A stretch of 64,000 nucleotides of DNA from positions 85,374,001 to 85,438,000 of the forward strand of contig OZ024745.1 in the NCBI GenBank assembly GCA_964016885.1. The letters are read 5' to 3'. The notes under the pieces were generated by a model. It saw nothing but the letters and a program-made list of their open reading frames with translations, had not been told where the DNA came from and ran no database searches. A program made the translations under genes and the position numbers. Shown in pieces: positions 26,091 to 40,657 of this stretch. The DNA comes from Eledone cirrhosa. Lineage: Eukaryota. Every line of letters begins with the position of its first letter. The first letter of the stretch is position 1.

Positions 26091-26363
26091 AACAAATTCT
26101 GTTCAAAACAAAGTCCATCTATATCTATGAAAGTAGTCACTAACATAGATGATACAGTAAACCAGAAAATTCTAATAAAATAAAATTACGCCATTATTGA
26201 TATAACAATAATATTCTTACTGACCAATTGTAGTAAACAAAATGCAAAGAGAGACTGAAATGTTAAGTAATTAAAACTGACAATGCAAAAATAAGGTGTC
26301 AGTTCAAATTTCACACATACTGATGTTCATTTATTTCCTTTATAGAAAATTTCATATTCTATT

Positions 26364-26430
<67 letters not shown>

Positions 26431-26605
26431 CACATATATATATATATATATACACACACATATATATATATATATACACACACACGCATATATATATATA
26501 CACACACATATATATATATATACACACACATATATATATATACACACACACATATATATATATATATACACACACATATATATATATATATATATACACA
26601 CACAT

Positions 26606-29600
26606 ATCATCATCATTTTACGTCCGCTTTTCCCTGCTTGCAAGGGTGGGAAGGGTCTTATTCAGCACAGCATCTCTCCACTCGTCACCGTCCTTCATCT
26701 CCACTGTGAGCTTCAATGATCTGAGGTCTGTTCTCACCACCTCCGCCCATGTTTTTCGTGGTCTACCTCTACCACGTCTTCCTTCAACTGGCATTTCCTG
26801 GCACTTCTTCACCCATCGGTCATCCTCCATGGGCATCACGTATCCATACCACCTCAGTCTCCTCTCCCGTACACTACATTCTATCCCTCTCAGACACAGT
26901 TTCTCTCTCAACACATTTATGCTGGGTCGTTCACGCACATTTACACTGCACATCCAACGGAGCATGCTTGCCTCATTTCTCTCCAGCCGTCGCATATCCT
27001 CTGCAGTTGCTGCCCATGTCTCACTACCATGCAGCATCGCGCTCCTCACACAGGCATCATACAACCGGCCTTTCGTACGCAGGGAGAAACCCTTCTTCGT
27101 CAGCAGGGGAAGCAGCTCCCTAAACTTCTTCCAACCGGTCCTTATTCTAGATACTATGGCCTCGGAACACCCTCCTCCCATGCTAATCTGATCTCCTAGG
27201 TACGGGAAGCTATCCACCACTTCTATAGCGCCCTCCTGCATTTGAAAAATGTGTCTACCAATGCGACTTCTACTGTCTAATTTCCCTGTACATCTACTGC
27301 ATACATATTTCTCCCTACCTGTTAGTTTGCCTGCTATCCCGCTTACATCTCTTGTGTACCCAGGATCTGCATTGTGTGCATTTTATAGAATTTATGCGAG
27401 TTCCTTTTCTGCATATTGAACATGGCCATTTCCCTGACGGAATCAGAGTTTTGTCCTCTTTTCTACTCATCAACACTTTTGTCTTAGCTAGGTTCACTCT
27501 CAGTCCTCTTGCTTCTAACTGATGTTTCTATAGCCAGAATTTATTCTCTAGCTCCTCTACTGATTCTGCTATAAGAACCAGATCGTCAGCATAGAGAAGT
27601 TCCCATGGACAGCCAGTCTTAAACTCCTCTGTTATGGCTTGGAGGACTATAATGAACAAGAGCGGGATGAGGACCGAACCTTGATGTACACCTACTTGTA
27701 TCTGGAATTCCTCACTAAACTCCATTCCTACCCTGACTTTACTGAGAGTACCCCTGTACAAAGTTTGCACTGTCTTCACAAGCCATTCCTCAACACCTAG
27801 CTTCCTTAGGGATCACCAGATGACAGATCGGGGTACCCTATCAAAGGCCTTCTCTAGGTCAACAAAGGCTAAGTATAGTGGCTTATTTTTCTCTAAGAAC
27901 CTCTCTTGAAATTGTCTCCCCGAGAAGAGGGCATCTGTTGTACTCTTACCAGTCACAAAACCAAACTGCATCTCATCTAGTTTGACTCTTTCTCTAATTA
28001 ATTGTGCTAATATCCTTTCTGCCACTTTCATAACCTGATCCATCAGTTTTATACCCCTATAATTGCTCCTCTCCAGAGCATCCCCTTTACCTTTGTAGCA
28101 ATTTATGAGAATACTGCTGCACCAGTCTTTGGGTATGACAACACCATATATAGCCTGATTGATGATGCGTGCAACCAGTTTAGTGCCTACGTCCCCTAAT
28201 GCCTTCAGCATCTCAGCAACTATTCCCGATGGTCCAGCAGCCTTACCATTTTTCATTTCCTTAATCGCCTCTTGGACCCTATATTCGTCAATCTCGATAG
28301 CTGATCCCTCTGTCGGATCTACTAAGGGTAATTTCTCTCTCTCCCATTCGTTCTCCACATTCCTCAGTCTCTCATAATGACATTTCCAGGCCTCCTTTTT
28401 CTGATCATTCGTGACACTAAGTACACCGGCATCATCCCGGACACATTTATCTCCAACAACATCCTGATTTGCATTGACACACTGCCTTGCAATGTGGAAC
28501 ACCGTACGCCTCTGATCTTCCCGTAGCAGAACATTGGCAAACCCCCTACTCTCCGCCACCCTGCGTGCTAAGTACACCTGACGTCTAGCTTCTCTCTTAG
28601 TGGCTGTATATTCTTCCCTACTCCCACCCTTTTTCCAAGCCGTCCATGCTAGTATTTTGTCTCTAATGGCCATATCTACTGTGCTGTTCCACCACCAGGT
28701 CACTCTCTGTCTGGTTGGAGCTCTGCTCCAGCCAAAAGTTTCATCAGTAACCTGTAGCAAGTTGTCACGTAAGAAATTCCAGTTATTATCTATGTCATAC
28801 GTCTCTAAATTGTCTTCTTTTTCGTCATATACATCTTGAAGGGCTTTCCTAAATTTGTATTTTAGTGAAAGGTCTTTTAGCTTCCAGACCTTTCTTCTCC
28901 ACACCTTCCTGTATGTCTCATTCCATCTCTTGCTTACTGAGATATCACTAACGACTAACCTATGCTGTGGGGTACATTCTTCCCCAGGGTATGCCTTGGT
29001 ATTAAACACTATCTGCCTGTCCCGCTGCCTAACTAGTAAGAAGTCAATCTAGCTAATGTGCTCACCAGATTTGTAGGTTATTAGGTGATTGGCAGGTTTC
29101 TGGAAGTTTGTGTTGCAAATAGTCAATGTACCTGCATCACAAAATTCAAGAAGTCTCACTCCTTCATTTCTTGAGCCATAACCGTGCCCACCATGTACCC
29201 CAGTGTAACCATCCTGGAGCTGTCCAACATGACCATTGAAGTCTCCTGCTAGCATAACGATGTCTCCGTCCTCTGTCATTGCGGTTGTTTGTAGAAGTTG
29301 CTCGTAAAAGCAGTCTTTCTCATCTTTGCCTAGGCCTGCTTGGGGAGCATAGGCAGAGATGATTGTCAGTAGTCTCCTGACTACAACTAATCTAAGCTTA
29401 ATTATTCGATTACTAACTCGAACTACCTCTATTGTCTTATTGATCCATTTCTCAGACAGGAAAATGCCTACTCACCCTAACTCATGATCCTTACCTACCC
29501 AGAATAGCTTATAGCTAAGACGTTTGCCTACGACTAGTCTCGCAGAGGCACCTCTCCATCTCACCTCTTGCACGCAGCACACATCCACGTGCTCTCTCTC

Positions 29601-29870
29601 CAGCATCTCCGCTATTTCAGCAGATCTACCTGTGAGAGTGCCAACATTAAGTGCTGCAACTCTGAGATGCGACGTCTTCATATTTTATTGTTGTTCCTAT
29701 TTGCTGCTGTGCTGATAAGCGTTTTGGCATTGATACACTGGTTGGAAGCCCTTCCTAACACCAGCGCCACTTTACAGCATGGACTGGGTGCTATTATTTG
29801 TGCCACCAGAACTAGAGAGGATGTCTTACTAGACTCAAGGGCCCTCTCTACCCCTCCATTTTACAGCATG
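26606..29870 (-). mobile_element. Near full-length RTE LINE (APE + RT + PHD-like insert), inactivated by stops and frameshifts
   Basis: ATG at 29681 (MKTSHLRVAALNVGTL...CVQEVRW), GDFNGHVG, IDFLLV, PQHRLVV, RT FVDLEKAFDRVPR / HQGSVL / LYADDL. 3' tail gcggacgtaaaatgatgatg. Confidence 0.95.
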
Positions 29871-29992
29871 GTCATTAAAAAAAACAAAAAAAAAACACAT
29901 TGACACGACACACACACACTCATACACCGACACTCATGCATACAAACCACAAACACACACGCCACTCACATACCAACACTCATTCATGCATA

Positions 29993-30091
<99 letters not shown>

Positions 30092-30533
30092 CCGGCAGTA
30101 CTGATACAAATACAAAATCAAAATCATGTCAACTGTTGACTTTTCCCAGTCCAGTTCAGTTTTTATATAATAATAATAATAATTGTTTGCTTTACGCTGG
30201 TAATGGCGGTGGTGGTGGTGGTGGATGGTGTCAGTGTGGTGGTGGTGGATGGTAAGTGATGGTGGTGGCAGTTGTTGTTGCTGTAGTTGTTATTGTAGTG
30301 GCTGCTGATGTTGCTGTTGTTGTTGTTGTTGCTGCTGCTGCCGTTGTTGTTGTTCTTCATTTCACTGATGCTGCAGATAATGGTGTTGATGCTGTTATTG
30401 TAGTCGCATATATATAAATACATACATACACACACATTCAACACAGACATTAGTGTTGTTGCTCTTGTTGTTGTTGTTGGGGTTGTTGTAGTTGTTGCTG
30501 TGTTGAAATCTGGTCGCTTCCACTGAGATTACA

Positions 30534-30577
<44 letters not shown>

Positions 30578-30591
30578 CACACATATATATG

Positions 30592-30661
<70 letters not shown>

Positions 30662-31127
30662 TACACATCTATATATATATATATACATATATATATATAC
30701 ACACACATATATATATATAGTATTGAGTACTTTGGTGCGTTATGGTCCACCTGGTTCCTTACCACATTTCCTTCGTTATATATATATATATATATGTGTG
30801 TGTTATTTCGCAGCCAATTTTATATTTTTATATTTGTACTCACTTATTCATAAGGCTGTTTTTACACCCTGTATCTATGTGTCTGAGCGTCTTTATGTGT
30901 GTATACTTTCTGTATATGTACACGAACGCCTCCGTATGTGCGCGTGCGTGCGTGTATATATATATATGTGTATGTATGTGTGTTTTTATATCTGTGCTTT
31001 TACATCTATGTTTTTTTACATTCTTATTTTTATGTGTGTGCGTGTAAGCCGGTCAATGTACGTGAATGTATGTGTGTATGTGTGTGTGTGTATGTATTGT
31101 ATGTATGGATGTGTATGTGTGCGTATG

Positions 31128-31158
<31 letters not shown>

Positions 31159-31892
31159 ATGTATGTGTATACAGTCGCGTACGTACGTGTGATTAGATAT
31201 ACATGGGGCGATATGTATGTATATATATATGTGCATCCTGTGTGTGTATGTACGCTTGCATACGCTTTTGTCTGCACGTATTGCGTGTATATGTATATTT
31301 TTTTATAGATATATGTTTCTTATAGATATATGTGTATGTCCGCGTGTACCTTGTTTGTTTTGTTTTCTTTTCTTTTCTCTTCTCTAGTGTTAATTGACTA
31401 CTTTCTCTTTCATTTAAACATTTTTTCTCTCTAATATATTGTTCCGTTTTTATAAATATATCGAGAATGACACTTTCTTTTAACTATTACACTCCCTTAC
31501 CTCTTTTTCTTCCGCATATAAGTGTACGCGCGTGTGTGTGTGTTTATACGCGTGCCTTCATATTCATATAATGTATCTAATACCCTGTTTTCTGTATACT
31601 TGTCAACCAGATTTTCAACTCATATTATATCTGTATTTCTGGTTACATATACACAGATATACTTGCCCTCATACATATATTTACGCACTCATTTTCACCA
31701 TACACACGCATTTGTACATACATACATATGTACATCTGTGAGTGTATATACATACATATACACACACCTAACTATATTTCCTTATCATTTTTTTAATATA
31801 TTTTATATGTCTATTGCATTACTTTTATTTATATATATATATATTTTTTGCATTTCTTGAGGAGACTTTGCAAATATTTCAATATGTTTAAT

Positions 31893-31970
31893 ATTGCCTC
31901 GTCCGACGAACGAATGAGGACGTTTCTTTCGTATTCGTCTTATTCGGGAAACCTCTGGTAATGAGGTAAT
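31893..31970 (+). ncRNA. Type-I HHR in 5' pLTR (CCGACGA core)
   Basis: attgcctcgt-CCGACGA-acgaatgaggacg...cgtcttattcgg-GAAA-CCTCTGG-TA-atgaggtaat. Confidence 0.78.
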
Positions 31971-32189
31971 TATATTGTATTGTTTATTATACATTAAATT
32001 TTGCTCTGGTACTTACATAGAGCACTCTTCACTCCTATGAATTTTCAATTTTCAACGGAAACTTCAATACTTATACAGCTCCCAAGGGAATGATCGCAGC
32101 ATATTCTACATTTTTATGAGATTGGCACCTTCCAGCCCTTTTAATGTCGAGCACTCTTCAGTCAATAGGATTTTAAACCAATACTGAAC

Positions 32190-34328
32190 ATGGATAAATA
32201 CCCTTTGGATTACTCTATCAAGAATATCCCAACACCTTCTAACACTTTCTACACGAAAATGCTGATAGACAAAGTAGAGAAAGTTGTTAAAAGAATGAGA
32301 TGGAAAACTTTGATTCTCGATGGACACTTTAACACAGATTCGACGGAACATTTTGACATCAAAACTCATAAATACCCGGAAAGAGTAAAAGATATGACCG
32401 CTTTTGAACTAGACTTAGTTAATCTAATCAACAATATCAATTTTCGTAAGTACTCTAACCCTTTTCAATCTAAACTATCTAATGATATTTCAATATTCAA
32501 ATCTTCTAAAAATAAGTTCATTTTCTCCGACAAAACTAAAAACTTATACGAAGTTAATAATAATTTACACGACCAACTATTAATAGATAATATCACCTCT
32601 AAATACCAAATAGCTAATATAAACACGTATCATAATATAAATAAGGAAGCTAAAGAATTAGCTGTTTCTTTAAAAATAGATAATAGGACAGAAAAACTTG
32701 CTAAACCTAATGTATATATCACCCTTAAAGATCACAAACCTGACTTTATTAATCGTCCTAGTTGTAGATTAATCAACCCTGCTAAGACTGATATTGGTCT
32801 TGCCAGCAACATTTTTTTAGATAATATAAACACACACATTAGAAGTAAGTTTAAATTACTCCAATGGATAAAAAGCTCTTCCGTGGTACATTGGTTTAAT
32901 AAAATTAAAGACAAAAATAGTTCTAGATTCACCCAATTTGACATTGTAGATTTCTACCCATCTATCACTCAGACTCCCTTAGCGAAAGCTTTAAATTTCG
33001 CTAGAAAGTTTACCAATATCTCTGATATTGAAGAGAATGTCATCTTGCACGCCAGAAACACTCTACTCTTTACTGATAATGACACTTGGGTAAACATATC
33101 TAACCCAGAGAGCCCATTCGATGTCTCAATAGGCTCTTTTGACAGTGCCGATGTTTGTGATTTAGTCGGCCTATCCCTCATACACACACTTAAAGAAAAA
33201 TTCCGTAACCATATTTTTGGGCTTTATCGCGACGATGGTCTAATACTTTCCCATACCACCATAGGCCATAACTTAGATAGATTAAGGAAAGACTTAATAA
33301 AAACCTTTGCTAGTTTTAATCTTAAAATGTCTATTGACACTAACCTTTCCAATGTTAATTTCCTAGATATAAACCTAGGTTTGCCTACTGCTTCTTATAA
33401 ACCATATCATAAACCTAATGAAAATTTAAAATATATAAATAAAGGCTCTTGCCATCCTCCTATAGTTTTTAAAAACCTTATCCCTAATATTAGCCGTAGG
33501 ATCTCCACCCTCTCTTCCTCAGAAGCTATTTTCAATAAGGCATCCCCCTACTATAATAAAGCCCTCCAAAATAGCGGATTTAGCGAACCGATTAAATACA
33601 TACCCAACTATACTAACTCTATTAAACATAAACACAGGAAAAGGAAAATAATCTGGTTCACACCCCCCTACTCTCTAGCAGTTAAAACTAATGTAGGCTA
33701 AAAATTCCTAGAGCTCTTAGATAAACATTTCCCTAGAATACATAGATACTATAAGATCTTTAATAGAAACTGTGTCAACATTAGCTACTCCTGCGGTCCA
33801 CCTATTAAATCTTATATCATCAACAAAAAATCACCTAGAGAACATCAAAATTGCTCCTGTAGAACCAAAAGTGAATGCCCATTACAAGGTAAATGCAACA
33901 CTAAAGCCATTGTATATGCGGCTAAAGTGACAACCATCAACAACAACCAACCAACAACCAGTGAACGATATGTGGGTATGACGCAAGACAAATTCAAGAC
34001 GCGTTATTACTCACATGTCGCATCCTTTCGACATCCAGAAAAAAGATTCACAACAGCTCTGGCTAGCAGAATATGGGATTTGAAAGACCAAGGTATCCAA
34101 TATAAATTGGATTGGTCAATTTTGAACCAATCTAAAGAATATGCAAGAGGAACAAGAAAATGCACACTCTGCATAAATGAAGAATATTGGATTTTGCAAA
34201 ACCTTAAATCACCAGAGACCTGCCTAAACACAAAGACAGAAATTTTCACCAGTTGCCCACACATGAAATCACACTTGCTTTCCAGCTCATATAAACTTAA
34301 CACACTTTCCGATACTTATCCTCCGTAA
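32190..34328 (+). pseudogene. PLE polyprotein (RT + Cys linker + GIY-YIG), ~712 codons with one in-frame TAA at 33699-33701
   Basis: FDIVDFYPSI, FDVSIGSFDSADVCDLVG, GLYRDDGL, NFLDI. In frame after the stop: CSCRTKSECPLQGKC, IVY...YVG, KTRYYSH, CTLCINE, CPH. Confidence 0.93.
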
Positions 34329-34402
34329 GCTCTTATTCTTCACTTAAATTATTCTCTTTAAAGACTACTCTTTCTGATTTACTTTCATTTTTAACCTTAT
34401 TA

Positions 34403-34683
34403 ATTTTTATTTTTATTTTTATTTTTATTTTTATTTTTATTTTTATTTTTACTTTTACTTTTACTTTTATTTTTATTTTTATTTTTATTTTTATTTTTAT
34501 TTTTATTTTTATTTTTATTTTTATTTTTATTTTTATTTTTATTTTTATTTTTATTTTTATTTTTATTTTTATTTTTATTTTTATTTTTATTTTTATTTTT
34601 ATTTTTATTTTTATTTTTATTTTTATTTTTATTTTTATTTTTATTTTTATTTTTATTTTTATTTTTATTTTTATTTTTATTTC
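34403..34683. repeat. (TTTTTA)n hexamer tract in the PLE 3' UTR
   Basis: Seen directly. It generates the spurious IK ORF. Confidence 0.97.
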
Positions 34684-35146
34684 ACATCCACCAGTAACCC
34701 AACCCCCCTTTATTCTCCGATTCACTTACCTAATATCTTCACTTTCCACTTTTTACTTCCCTATTTTCTTTACTACCTGATTACGTTAGTCACTTGCATT
34801 TTCCACTCCAGATATTTTCTGTTATTTAGCAGCCAATTTTATATTTTTATATTTGTACTCACTTATTCATAAGGCTGTTTTTACACCCTGTATCTATGTG
34901 TCTGAGCGTCTTTATGTGTGTATACTTTCTGTATATGTACACGAACGCCTCCGTATGTGCGCGTGCGTGCTTGTATATATATATGTGTATGTATGTGTGT
35001 TTTTATATCTGTGCTTTTACTTCTATGTTTTTTTACATTCTTATTGTTATGTGTGTGCGTGTAAGCGGGTCAATGTGCGTGAATGTATGTATGTGTGTAT
35101 GTGTGTGTGTATGTATTGTATGTATGGATGTGTATGTGTGCGTATG

Positions 35147-35201
<55 letters not shown>

Positions 35202-35913
35202 ATACAGTCGCATACGTACGTGTGATTAGATATACATGGGGCGATATGTATGTACATATATATGTGCATCCTGTGTGTGTATGTACGCATGCATACGCTT
35301 TTGTCTGCACGTATTGCGTGTATATGTATATTTTTTTATAGATATATGTTTCTTATAGATATATGTGTATGTACCTTGTTTGTTTTCTTTTCTTTTCTTT
35401 TCTCTTCTCTAGTGTTAATTGACTACTTTCTCTTTCATTTAAACATTTTTCTTTCTAATATATTGTTCCATTTTTATAAATATATCGAGAATGACACTTT
35501 CTTTTAACTATTACACTCCCTTACCTCTTTTTCTTCCGCATATAAGTGTACGCGCGTGTGTGTGTGTTTATACGCGTGCCTTCATATTCATATAATGTAT
35601 CTAATACCCTGTTTTCTGTATACTTGTCAACCAGATTTTCAACTCATATTATTTCTGTATTTCTGGTTACATATACACAGATATACTTGCCCTCATACAT
35701 ATATTAACGCACACATTTTCACCATACACACGCATTTGTACATACATACATATGTACATCTGTGAGTGTATGTACATACATATACACACACCTAACTATA
35801 TTTCCTTATAATTTTTTAATATATTTTATATGTCTATTGAATTACTTTTATTTATATATATATATTTTTTGCATTTCTTGAGGAGACTTTCCAAATATTT
35901 CACTATGTTTTAT

Positions 35914-35991
35914 ACTGCCTCGTCCGACGAACGAATGAGGACGTTTCTTTCGTATTCGTCTTATTCGGGAAACCTCTGGTAATGAGGTAAT
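35914..35991 (+). ncRNA. Type-I HHR in 3' pLTR (CCGACGA core)
   Basis: Core and stems II/III are identical to 31893-31970. Confidence 0.78.
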
Positions 35992-36016
35992 TATATTGTA
36001 ATGTTTATTATACATT

Positions 36017-36073
<57 letters not shown>

Positions 36074-36099
36074 TATATATATACATATATATATATACA

Positions 36100-36164
<65 letters not shown>

Positions 36165-36245
36165 TTACACACACATATATATATATATTTCCATACATAT
36201 ATATATATATATATATACACACACATATATATATAGTTACATAGA

Positions 36246-36311
<66 letters not shown>

Positions 36312-36330
36312 TATATATACACATATATAT

Positions 36331-36487
<157 letters not shown>

Positions 36488-36757
36488 TATATATATATAG
36501 TTACATAGATATATATATATATAGACACACATATATATATATATATAGTATTAATTATACTATTTATGGTTATGTAAATACAAAAACCTTTTGCAGTTAT
36601 ATATATATCTTTTTATACAAACCCTAAATAGTGGTAGGCAGTAATATATTACTACCTTATTACCAGTAAGTTAAGTAGCTCAATGTAAAAACATCAGATG
36701 ATTTACAGAGCAGTTATATGAAATATAAGAATCAAAGAACTGTTCAAAACATTTTTA

Positions 36758-36805
36758 TGCTTACAACTGTTTCCTCCAAACCGAGGTTTGGATTTCTTCG
36801 GAGCA
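36758..36805 (-). ncRNA. Type-I HHR (CCGAAGA core) at the 3' end of a decayed minus-strand element (~36550-37800)
   Basis: tgct-CCGAAGA-aatccaaacc tc ggtttggag-GAAA-CAGTTG-TA-agca. Confidence 0.7.
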
Positions 36806-37803
36806 ATTTATTAATGAATGAACACTTATATGACCTCCTTTTCACCCAAGAGACATACAGATACATATGCAAATATTGTGGGTCAACATTCATTACAGCA
36901 TTTAGAGTGGCAGTACACACTTAGAGATTACATTCATATTAAAAGATACAATCAAAAATACAGGTTAAAATACATGAAAATAAGCGGTTATATAGTGCAA
37001 ATGTTATATGTGTGGCAAGCACGTGCGTCTTGTTTATATAGTGTGGCAGAGAGTTACGTGTAGTAGAAGCACTTAGGTAGGTAAACAAGAGTGTTAGGTT
37101 GGTTGATCTGGTGGCAAATTCTTTATATGATTGTCATAGTCTGTGTGTGGAGAAATGATATAAGCATTAAAAATAGTGCAAGCATTAAAAATATTAAAAA
37201 TATTGGAAATTCACAGCGAAGGGATGTTATGGACTTCATGTACTTCGACATTTTCATAGTCAGGGGAGTGTATTTTTCAGGTTATATGCCCCTCACATAA
37301 TCCACGACAATTCGATATTGAGCGTTTGACAATCCAGTTAGAGAATCGTAGTCTGATGTTCTTTAGTTCAATACAGGAGGATGTTACGTTTCGAGAATCG
37401 ACATTGAAATACTACCCGGAAGTGTGTGTGTGGCTAAGGGGAGTTAATGCATGAGGGGATGTAAATCCTAGGTTTCTATTACTAACTATTGAAATGTGTC
37501 TCAAGATAGACCCTAATTTCTATGGTTATGCGCAACTTCTAAAAAATTTCTAAAGCATAAAGTGTTTTAACTATAGAGTAGTCTATTAAGTTGTGCTGAA
37601 GGTGTTCGTATTATTATGGTGAATGAACCTCCATCGTAAGGTGCCACAAATGAATATTATAGACGACGAGCGAGGATTCTAAATTAATGATCTCTGTGGT
37701 TGTAGTCTACTCATAGGACCAGGCGCGGTGATTGCAGAATCACTTCAACACACAATGATCTCTGGTAAGTTCTGGGTCATCGCTTGCTACATTGGGTGTC
37801 GAA

Positions 37804-37838
<35 letters not shown>

Positions 37839-37842
<4 letters not shown>

Positions 37843-37952
37843 AACCAGTAAGACCCCCACAGCTGAGCTCAAGTCGTTTCGACAGCTAATTCCGTCCAGA
37901 ATTAGCCGTCGAAACGACTTGAGCTCAGCTGTCGGGGTCTTACTGGTTCCTA
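37839..37952. repeat. Foldback of an HHR 3' half centred on its stem II loop
   Basis: ggaaccagtaagacccc...tttcgacagctaattc cgtcca gaattagccgtcgaaa...ggggtcttactggttcc. Confidence 0.8.
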
Positions 37953-38029
37953 TTACCCACTCTACTACCCCAAGTATTGAGTACTTTGGTGCGTTATGGT
38001 CCACCTGGTTCCTTACCACATTTCCTTCG

Positions 38030-38100
<71 letters not shown>

Positions 38101-38151
38101 CATACATATATATATATATATATACACACACATATATATATATATATATAT

Positions 38152-38236
<85 letters not shown>

Positions 38237-38269
38237 CAACTGTTTTTTAACCTTCATATCATGTCTCCC

Positions 38270-38340
38270 TATTTTATCTGACGAAAACGCAAATGACATC
38301 TCATGATGATATTTGTTTTTGAAATGCGCATAATAAAATA
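38270..38340 (+). ncRNA. Type-I HHR
   Basis: tattttat-CTGACGA-aaacgcaaatgacatc tcat gatgatatttgttttt-GAAA-TGCGCA-TA-ataaaata. Copies at 53851 and 60412. Confidence 0.75.
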
Positions 38341-38461
38341 TATGGAACTCTTTTAACCATCTTTTGATCTTATATTATTTATACTCTAGTCCTACAAACT
38401 GTAGAGTGCTACTTATCCGATATCTGCATTGCTTTATTGTACTACAATAAAACTCACCGCC

Positions 38462-38593
<132 letters not shown>

Positions 38594-38692
38594 TATATAC
38601 ACACATATATATATACAGAATATATATACGCATATATATAGACATATATATATATATACTGTATATATATACACACACACACACACACACAT

Positions 38693-38748
<56 letters not shown>

Positions 38749-38750
<2 letters not shown>

Positions 38751-40437
38751 AAGGCGGGTAAAATTCCCGAGATCCATGGACGAGTTCTCTCCAGCGGTCT
38801 CTGTCCCTCATTATCGCTGCCATATCCTGCCTCTCCAACAGACCAGTGTCTGTCCTTAGGGCATCAACATATGTTAACCTTGGTCTTCCTCTTCTAGTGT
38901 GTCCATGTAGGGGCTCCCAAAGGAGCACTTTCTGCAATGTCAACTCTGGATGTCGGTGAGCATGTCCAGCCAACCTCAGTCTTCTCTGTGTCACTTTTGA
39001 GCTGACTTTTGGGATGCTCCCATACAGCTCTGAGTTTTTCATCCTCAGTGTATACTGATTAATGTTCAGAGCCATCCTCAGCATTCTCGTGTAGCACCCA
39101 TCCACCATCTGAGTGAGTCTCTTGGTCAGTGTCCAAGTCTCAGACCCATACAGCAGCACAGACTCCACTACAGCAATGAAGAGGCGGATTTTCAGGTCTC
39201 TACGAAGGTCCGACTTCCACACCGATCTCAAGCTGTGACACGCCGCCCAGGCCTTGCTCTTCCTCTCAACCACATCATCTTCCGTATTCCCAATCTTTGC
39301 TCCCAAATACAGGAAGTCCTCAACCAATTCCAGCGGCTTCCCGCCTACATTAGTGATCACCTCTGGCTTCTCAACATTCTCTACCAGATATTTTGTTTTA
39401 GTCTCATTCATTCTCAGCCCCACACTCATCGACACAGTCTCAACCTCCCGCATCAAATCCTCTGCCTCCTTCACTGTATTTGTTACCAAAACTATGTCGT
39501 CGGCAAATTCAGCATCCGATACCTTTTTCGCCCCAACTCTCCTGCTCTGAGGCGGTGCTACAGTAAAGCCAGAGTCCTGGTGTTTCTCCAGTGCAAGGCG
39601 CATACAATAGTCCACTACGATGATAAAAAGGTAGGGAGCCAACGTATCTCCCTGGAGCACTCCAGCCAGTATCTCAAAGAACTCTGTCATCCCATCAGGT
39701 GTAATGACTTGGGCTTTGGTGTTGGTGTAGAGCAGTGATATCAGGTCCACTATCCTCTTGGGGATTCCATAAGCCTGTAAGATCTTCATCAGGCAGTAAC
39801 GGTCCACAGAATCAAAGGCCTTCCCAAAGGAGGAAGAGCCAGCTCATCACTACATCGGCAGTGAAGAACACAACAAATGCTGCAGTAGGAGGAGTGGGTT
39901 TTGTGTTCAGTGCAAAAACCAATCTGTTGGTGAGGGAAATAATGCCTATCTCCCCGCGAGTGTTGAGGGTGACCTTCAATGGAAACCCAAGACTGACAGT
40001 CATCTCAGCCTATAGTCCAACCGAGGAGGACAGTGATGTGTGTGCCGAGGAGTTCCATGAGGAGGTGTGTGGGGCTGTCAACACCATTCAGGCACACAAT
40101 ATCCTGCTTGTTTTGGGGGACTTCAATGCACATCTGAGTAAGGAGGGCAGTGAAGATACTTGCTGGTACTTCCATAACAACACCAACCGAAATGGAAGAC
40201 TACTGAGAGACACCCTGCTGGAGGCGAACTTGATGGCGACCAACCTAAGGTTTAGGAAGAATCTGGGGAAGATGTGGACCTACATCTCAGATATGCACCT
40301 GTCCAAGTCCCAGATTGATTTCATTCTGGTGAGGAAAAAGTGGCGGAATAGTGTTCTGAACACGGAACCATACAGCTATTTCAGTACACTGGGTAGTGAC
40401 CACCGGCTTGTTATGAGTGAGGTCCGCGTGAGCTTAA

Positions 40438-40438
<1 letters not shown>
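38749..40438 (-). mobile_element. RTE-type LINE with a 5' inversion: open RT C-terminal part on minus (38749-39820), APE fragment on plus (39825-40438)
   Basis: KAFDSVDR...GVLQGDTLAPYLF...FADD...LLYGSETW on minus. SAYSPT...LGDFNAH...SQIDFIL...GSDHRLV on plus. Flanked by TA tracts. Confidence 0.92.
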
Positions 40439-40525
<87 letters not shown>

Positions 40526-40586
40526 TTATATATATATACATATATTAATTCAAAATATTAACAAAATAGATATTCTTGTGATCAAG

Positions 40587-40657
40587 TATATTTTATTATA
40601 CATATTTCAGAGGTACTGAGTTAAGTTCAACAGTACGTCCTCATCAGATAACATATA
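40587..40657 (-). ncRNA. Type-I HHR in a TA-embedded element (40543-41037)
   Basis: tatatgttat-CTGATGA-ggacgtactg ttgaacttaact cagtacctct-GAAA-TATGTA-TA-ataaaatata. Copy at 61864. Confidence 0.72.

Larger units (their letters stand above)
30802..36017 (+). mobile_element. Near-intact Penelope-like element with 1.2 kb direct pLTRs (30802-31996, 34821-36017), inserted in (TA)n
   Basis: Highly similar direct repeats flank a single RT-GIY-YIG frame. Each repeat ends in an HHR. Confidence 0.95.

Noticed and set aside
25755-26183. Asp/Gly-rich 142 aa ORF
   Set aside because: Product of degenerate GAT/GGT trinucleotide repeats.
33699-33701. Programmed readthrough or selenocysteine in the PLE ORF
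   Set aside because: The stop is TAA, not TGA, and is most simply a single nonsense mutation.
37280-37480. Very decayed GIY-YIG on the minus strand (IELK...NW...CRGLCE)
   Set aside because: Similarity is too weak to call, although the downstream HHR at 36758 would fit.
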